Shown here one piece after another: positions 58,913-64,000 of a stretch of DNA of 64,000 nucleotides (within the stretch, counting starts at the first letter, position 1; each line of letters starts with the position of its first letter). The position numbers and the translations under genes were made by a program. This DNA is from Methanofastidiosum sp. (lineage in GTDB: Archaea; Methanobacteriota_B; Thermococci; Methanofastidiosales; Methanofastidiosaceae), in contig JAHKLW010000043.1 in the NCBI GenBank assembly GCA_020854815.1, positions 3,170-67,169 of the forward strand. The letters are read 5' to 3'. The notes under the pieces are model-generated. The model had not been told where the DNA came from, ran no database searches, and saw only the letters and a list, made by a program, of their open reading frames with translations.

Positions 58913-59194
58913 TTATTTAATTAAATCTCCTACTTCTTTTTTACCTTTTTCCATCTCTTGTGCTTGTTGCTTATCCAACATCAGCAACATGGCCTGAAAC
59001 TCCCCAACGTGTGTCTTTTCTTCTTTTGCTATATCTAAGAAAAGTATTTTTATATTTTTATCAGTAGTCATAGCTGCAAGTTGCTCATATAGACTTACTG
59101 CGTCCAATTCAGCTATTATCCCCACTCTTAAAATTTCTTTATCTATCTCTCCTTTTCGTATCTTGTCAAGATTTATTGGTATTTTTGAAAGCAT
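58913..59194 (-). CDS. Small ferritin-like/rubrerythrin-like protein (ExxH motif), hypothetical
   Basis: 93 aa helical protein with AELDAVSLYEQ and EEKTHVGEF. Occupies the slot immediately downstream of rad50. Confidence 0.35.
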   Translation of the reverse strand: MLSKIPINLDKIRKGEIDKEILRVGIIAELDAVSLYEQLAAMTTDKNIKILFLDIAKEEKTHVGEFQAMLLMLDKQQAQEMEKGKKEVGDLIK

Positions 59195-59243
59195 TTATCC
59201 ACCAAAAATTGATATATGTCTAACTTTATATTGCTTTTGAAAA

Positions 59244-61799
59244 TCAAATCCCTATTGTAGTTCTAGAAAGAGAACCTTGATTTTCAACTCTAGATACCCC
59301 GTCTCTTTTTGTAACCTTTAATACATGATCAACGTAGCTTTCAATCTCTGGCTCATGAGAAACTATGATTACTTGATTCATATCAAGCATGTCGAGGACA
59401 TCCCTTACTCTATCAAGTTGTTTTCTTGAAAAACCGTCTGTTGGTTCATCAAGGATTATAAGATCCTGTGTTTTTATTTCGTCGACAAGATTATTTATTA
59501 TTCTATTTAAGGCCAGCCTATATGCAAGCGCAACAGAGGTTCTTTCTCCGCCTGAGAGAGATTCATAGTCTGCATCAAAACCTTCTTGTCTTAAAACTGG
59601 TGTGAAATCCTCATCTATTGTGACTTGTATTTCATCGCCTTCCAATAAATTCTCAAGCCACTTGGAAAAATAAGATTCAAACTGAATTCTAAGTGATTCC
59701 ATAAACTCTTTTTCCATTGTTTCCATTAGACTAATGAAATAAGTGTCAAGCCAATTAGTCATTTTTTCTAATTTTTCTTTTACTCGTAGATATTTTTTCT
59801 TTTCTTCAATCTCTTTGCTCACTCTAATAAAATCATTTCCAAGAAGTTCAAATTCTTTTGATTTTTCTGCTTCTTCTCTTTCTTTTTTGATTTTTTCATC
59901 AGATATTATTTTTAATTCTTGGGAAATTGCTTGTTTTTCAGAATCTATGCCTGAGAACTCTTTTTGTTTTTCTTTTAGAATATGTATATTTCCAAATAAG
60001 GTATTCTTTTTATCATTTAATGTTTTCATTTCTTGCTTAAAATTCAATGCCTCTTTGTAGTTATTTAAAAGCATTAGGTATGAATCCTTATTTTTTTCAA
60101 GTTCATTTATCTCAGATTCGACTGGGGCGAGTTTTTGTATTTCATCTAGTATTTGTTTCTGTTCAAGAGATCTATCCTTAAGTTCTTCATTTAATTTTTT
60201 GAATTGAGATTTTGTGTCATTCAATTCTTTTGTTAGAACTTTAAAAGAATCAGTTTCTTTGATTAACTGTTCGAGTTTTAGTATCTTCTCTTTTTCAAAA
60301 GAAATCAAATTTGTGGATTTATTTTCTAAATCTTTTTCAATTTGTTTTAACTTAGTTTCAACTTTTTTAATAAGTTCATTTGTTTCGTTTAAATTGACTC
60401 CAAGGACATTTTTTTCCTTCTCAATTCTTTTGATCTCGTTCTGTCTATGACCTTTAGATATACTCTGTTTACATAGAGGGCATAAAGCAATCCCTTCAAG
60501 ATTGCTCAATGACTCTAAATCATTTTCAAGAGATCTAATATCTCCACTAATAATGGAACTTTTATCTTTGTATTCTAGAATTTTTGTATTGTATCTTTCC
60601 TTAGATTTCAGTAGCCCATCTATTTCTTTGTTAATTCCTTCTTTCCTCTGATATATTCCCTCTATATTCTTTTGAAGCTCCGATATTTCGGCTTTTATTG
60701 TCTCTGTAGTTCTATCGTAATTAGCATTTAAAGATGAAAGTGCTTCTCCCTTTGATTTAATATCATTAGATAATTTTGATAGCGTCTCATTTTTATTTGA
60801 TAAATCAACTTCAATCTTTCCTGCTTTAACTTTATAATCGTTGAGAAGGTCTCTTTTTTCCTTGGATTCTGAAAGATTATCAAAAATAACTTTAATATTA
60901 TTTTCAATGAATAAAATTTCTTTTTTTATATCTAGATCGTATTTGCCATCTAATATTTGATTAATTTTCGTATCAAGAGCCGATATATTTTGCTCATAGG
61001 TGTTTAGCTCCCCTTCTTTAATAGCGATCTCCTTTGAGAGTTCCTGGAATTTTTTATAATTATATTCTATTTCTTCTGATTTCTGTGTTAATTCCAGTTC
61101 TTTTATCTTAAATCTCTCTAAACACTTTTTTATTTCATACACTTCCTTAGTTAATTCTTCCTTTTTGCCGGAAATGCTTTTCAGTTCCTCATTTTTTTCA
61201 TTTAAACCTTTGGAAAGAAGTTCATAACTTGATGCACTTCGTTTAAGATCGAGTCTTAAATTGTTAGAATTATCTTTTATTATCTTATATCTATCAACTC
61301 CAAAAATCCTTCTTAGGATCTCCATTCTATCTTCTCTTTTGGATACTAGGATCTGTTTCATCTCCTCCTGTGGAGTGTAAACAGTATAACGGTAGATTGG
61401 GTTCTTTTGTTTTGTAAACAATTCTTTAGGATACCCCAATAATGAGAGTATTTCTGCTTTGAGTTCGGTGGGAGTCATGTCTCTCCTATTACCCTCGATT
61501 GAGATATAGCCTGTAGTCTGGGATATTGTTTCTCCTTTTTTTTGTAGACTTCTCCCGACTATTACTTCTTTGCCTTCTAATTCAAATTCTAACCTTACCA
61601 TTGCTTCTCGTTCACCTCTCCTGAGGAGAGAAGAAGCCATTATGTCTCCCAATCCAAATAATGAAAATTCTATTGCAAGTAATATTGTCGATTTACCAAA
61701 TCCAATGTCCCCCGATAATAAAAATGAGCCTTCTGGAAAATCAATCTTTTGATGTTGATAACTTCGTATGTTAAGCATTTCAAGTGCGAGTAACTTCAT
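59244..61799 (-). CDS. rad50: DNA double-strand break repair ATPase Rad50
   Basis: Walker A GDIGFGKST, long coiled coil with CPLC zinc hook, signature LSGGERTSVALAYRLAL, Walker B LIILDEPTDG. Confidence 0.9.
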   Translation of the reverse strand: MKLLALEMLNIRSYQHQKIDFPEGSFLLSGDIGFGKSTILLAIEFSLFGLGDIMASSLLRRGEREAMVRLEFELEGKEVIVGRSLQKKGETISQTTGYISIEGNRRDMTPTELKAEILSLLGYPKELFTKQKNPIYRYTVYTPQEEMKQILVSKREDRMEILRRIFGVDRYKIIKDNSNNLRLDLKRSASSYELLSKGLNEKNEELKSISGKKEELTKEVYEIKKCLERFKIKELELTQKSEEIEYNYKKFQELSKEIAIKEGELNTYEQNISALDTKINQILDGKYDLDIKKEILFIENNIKVIFDNLSESKEKRDLLNDYKVKAGKIEVDLSNKNETLSKLSNDIKSKGEALSSLNANYDRTTETIKAEISELQKNIEGIYQRKEGINKEIDGLLKSKERYNTKILEYKDKSSIISGDIRSLENDLESLSNLEGIALCPLCKQSISKGHRQNEIKRIEKEKNVLGVNLNETNELIKKVETKLKQIEKDLENKSTNLISFEKEKILKLEQLIKETDSFKVLTKELNDTKSQFKKLNEELKDRSLEQKQILDEIQKLAPVESEINELEKNKDSYLMLLNNYKEALNFKQEMKTLNDKKNTLFGNIHILKEKQKEFSGIDSEKQAISQELKIISDEKIKKEREEAEKSKEFELLGNDFIRVSKEIEEKKKYLRVKEKLEKMTNWLDTYFISLMETMEKEFMESLRIQFESYFSKWLENLLEGDEIQVTIDEDFTPVLRQEGFDADYESLSGGERTSVALAYRLALNRIINNLVDEIKTQDLIILDEPTDGFSRKQLDRVRDVLDMLDMNQVIIVSHEPEIESYVDHVLKVTKRDGVSRVENQGSLSRTTIGI

Positions 61800-63036
61800 C
61801 TAAATCCTCCAGAAGTTTATTTTTTGAAAGATAATCAATTGATTCACTTAAAATACCTTTTGTGTAATCATCTTTCTTTTCACCTTCTTTTTTCTCTCTT
61901 GATAAAATAGTCATGAAGGTCTTTAGAAAAGAAACTGTTTCCGTCTTGCAATCCTTGAGTTTGACTTGATCTTTGTGGCGAATTATTACGTCTTCTTCAA
62001 GTTTTTCTTTGGTAAATGAAGAATTTTTTATTTCTTTAAACTCATTAGTTTTGACATCTCTAGTGTCCCTTTTTATTAGAAGTGCCCCTTTATTTTCTAA
62101 ATACAAATTAATCTTCTTGAAATTAATATCCGATAATTTTCCTTCAATTTTTCCCTTGAACTTTACAATGACTATACAACCTTTAATATCATTTTTATCA
62201 GCTACATGTCTAACCTTCTCTTCAATATTAATTGGGTGGATTCCTTCCAAATTAATATCTAAAAGAATTACTTGAGCGACTCTTATAGTTATATATCTTT
62301 TGTTTATATTTCCATTATCATAGTTAACTAAGTAAAATCCCCCTCCCTTAAATGAGAGGAGCTCATCAATGTTATTGGGAAATAATGCGCCAGGAAATAC
62401 AACGTTCTTATAATCTCCCACGTTAAATTCTCCCCTTTCATGGATATGCCCACCAGCATAATAAAAAAATCCTTTAGGTAGTAAAGATATGGGCATTGAT
62501 TCCATTTGGTAAAGACCCTCAGGTTTTAATTCTTCAATAGCAGAGTGAAATAAAAATATTTTCTGACATTGTTCTTTTTCAAGTTCTTCCCTATCAAGTA
62601 CATTATAAGTAGTCTTTTCTAAACTACCTCTTAAGCCAGATATTCCATAAATTTTAGTTTTTGTCTTTTCATCGAAAATCCCATTTAACTTTAACTTTCC
62701 ATCAGTTTCTGTTCCAGAAGTGACTCTTTTAAGGAGTCCAGCTTCTTGAAAAACTTTTAATATTGTTCTTCCTGTTGGTGAAAAATCATGAGATCCTTCA
62801 ATAACGTATACAGGTATTTCTTTAACTCTAAGTTCATACAATTTTTTTGCTGCTTTTGCCATTACTTCAATTGTAGGATTAGATGAATCAAAGAGATCAC
62901 CAGAAACTAAGATAAAGTCAACATTCTCTTGGATAGAAATATCAATAGCTTTTTCAAAAGTTTTAATTCCTATTTCTCTTAAAGTGTCTTCTCTCCAACC
63001 ACCTAAATGGAGATCAGCCATATGCGAAAATTTCAC
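61780..63036 (-). CDS. mre11: DNA double-strand break repair nuclease Mre11
   Basis: Phosphoesterase motifs MADLHLG, VSGDLFD, GSHD, GGHIHE. Confidence 0.9.
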   Translation of the reverse strand: MKFSHMADLHLGGWREDTLREIGIKTFEKAIDISIQENVDFILVSGDLFDSSNPTIEVMAKAAKKLYELRVKEIPVYVIEGSHDFSPTGRTILKVFQEAGLLKRVTSGTETDGKLKLNGIFDEKTKTKIYGISGLRGSLEKTTYNVLDREELEKEQCQKIFLFHSAIEELKPEGLYQMESMPISLLPKGFFYYAGGHIHERGEFNVGDYKNVVFPGALFPNNIDELLSFKGGGFYLVNYDNGNINKRYITIRVAQVILLDINLEGIHPINIEEKVRHVADKNDIKGCIVIVKFKGKIEGKLSDINFKKINLYLENKGALLIKRDTRDVKTNEFKEIKNSSFTKEKLEEDVIIRHKDQVKLKDCKTETVSFLKTFMTILSREKKEGEKKDDYTKGILSESIDYLSKNKLLEDLDEVTRT

Positions 63037-64000
63037 TCTAAGTCGACCCCTCTAACTGTAGTTTTTTCTTTTACAGATGCGCTCTTGTCTTTGAAAAAAT
63101 CATCGAAAAGAGGTATCTTCAATGGTATTGCTAATTTAGAAAATGTAGAAGTCAAGAGTGCTTCACCTATATCAAGACTCGCAATGTTTCTTGATTCCTC
63201 GGAAATATCTTGAGGAGAGCTTTCTATTAATGCACTTCTCTCGTTAGACATCTCGGTTCCCATAATTATTTTTGTGTTCATATTTGCAAGTATTTCTTTT
63301 GGTATGAGACTTGGGAGTTGAGTTATGGCTACAAGTCCTACTCTGAATTTCCTCCCTTCTCTTGCAATCGTTCCAAAAATATTTACTCCCTTATCTAATA
63401 CTTCTTTTCCAAGTACCCTTGGCGCCTCTTCAATTATTATGCTAACACAAGGCTTATTTTCAAGAAATCCTTTTGAACTCAAATCACGATATCTTGAAAA
63501 AATACCCTCTGCAAATATGCCTCCTATCAAAAGTTCAACTTCGCCGCCAAGTTTTGAAGTATCGATAATAACTGTTTTTCCGTTTTCAAGATAATCTACT
63601 ACATTCTTTATTGTAGTTACTCCACTATTATTTGAAAATAAACTACTTCTAAAAGAGATTTTACCACCTTCTGAAGAGATACCAAATATATTATTAAATT
63701 TTCTTTTAAGTACATCAAGTGTAACTGCAGAAACTCCGTCTTCTCTTTCGGCGAGCACAATATTTTCAATCCATTTGCCTCTATCTTTGTTGTAGAATAG
63801 ATAAATACACTCTACTTGAGCTTCTGTTAAAGATACTATTCCTGTTAGGTGCCATGGTTTTATTGTTTTTAAATCAAGAATGAGTGTACTTGTGCCAGGT
63901 GGGGGATTGGTCGAATAATAAATAATTTTATTTCTGGCGTTAGGATGATCCTTCAACCCTTTTTTTGTTCTTCCATAGTATTCGTCGTGGGGGTCTATAA
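63033..64000 (-). CDS. herA: HerA helicase (C-terminal part; N-terminus beyond window end)
   Basis: Frame stays open upstream of the listed TTG start to position 64000 (..IDPHDEYYGRTKKG..), with the HerA-type DPHxEY motif. IIIEEAPRV and VAITQLPSLIP match the HerA/FtsK-like ATPase. Coupled to mre11. Confidence 0.8.
   Translation of the reverse strand, partial: IDPHDEYYGRTKKGLKDHPNARNKIIYYSTNPPPGTSTLILDLKTIKPWHLTGIVSLTEAQVECIYLFYNKDRGKWIENIVLAEREDGVSAVTLDVLKRKFNNIFGISSEGGKISFRSSLFSNNSGVTTIKNVVDYLENGKTVIIDTSKLGGEVELLIGGIFAEGIFSRYRDLSSKGFLENKPCVSIIIEEAPRVLGKEVLDKGVNIFGTIAREGRKFRVGLVAITQLPSLIPKEILANMNTKIIMGTEMSNERSALIESSPQDISEESRNIASLDIGEALLTSTFSKLAIPLKIPLFDDFFKDKSASVKEKTTVRGVDLE

Noticed and set aside
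59743-60450. Plus-strand ORFs antisense to rad50
   Set aside because: Low-complexity Ser/Phe-rich translations of the AT-rich antisense strand of the coiled-coil region. rad50 motifs are intact on the minus strand.
15000-64000. CRISPR arrays, rRNA genes, IS elements or transposases in the host part
   Set aside because: Scanning the intergenic regions found no regularly spaced direct repeats, no rRNA-like conserved stretches and no transposase-like ORFs. Only two tRNAs (Leu, Pro) were found.

Overview
This 64-kb window is a segment of a low-GC archaeal chromosome, roughly 28-32% GC judged by eye on sampled lines rather than computed. Its left ~14.9 kb is compositionally foreign (roughly 45-50% GC) and ends exactly at the 3' end of a minus-strand tRNA-Leu(UAG) gene at 14940-15027. 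That left block reads as an integrated tailed-virus-like element (provirus). It carries a large terminase (Walker A/B plus C-terminal nuclease motifs), a small-terminase-like protein with a C..C..GRCxxHGG motif, a putative portal, head-region genes including a Thr/Ala-rich protein with intragenic tandem repeats, and an early-type region of small Zn-ribbon, SWIM, ASCH and wHTH proteins plus a trypsin-like GDSGS protease. No recognizable integrase lies next to the tRNA. A ~12-nt motif, A(A/T)TTTAGGGCCAG, is strongly over-represented across the provirus, in both orientations and in several reading frames, and is almost absent from the host part. The host part (15-64 kb) is euryarchaeon-like housekeeping DNA. 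It encodes pyruvate kinase, archease, UspA, a stomatin-like SPFH protein, an MthK-like K+ channel, a DUF134/NifX-like pair, DUF1847 plus a PurM-like protein, ScpB, TldD/PmbA, a UPF0200/UPF0201 pair, LplA and long-form Hef. It also encodes FBP aldolase/phosphatase and an r-protein/RpoN cluster (S2, S9, L13, L18e, RpoN) with tRNA-Pro(GGG). In that cluster, an enolase N-terminal-domain-only protein sits where a full enolase is normally found. Further along are S17e, a PTA/PTB-family protein, SurE, Cdc6/Orc1 next to PAN across a 0.7-kb AT-rich candidate origin, aMBF1, TruD, an unusual Zn-ribbon plus J-domain protein beside two membrane proteins, TetR and TrkA plus two tandem TrkH genes. The right end carries SufC plus SufB/D, a Y-family polymerase, Ogt, and a HerA (partial)-Mre11-Rad50 repair operon. 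No CRISPR arrays, rRNA genes or IS elements were seen.
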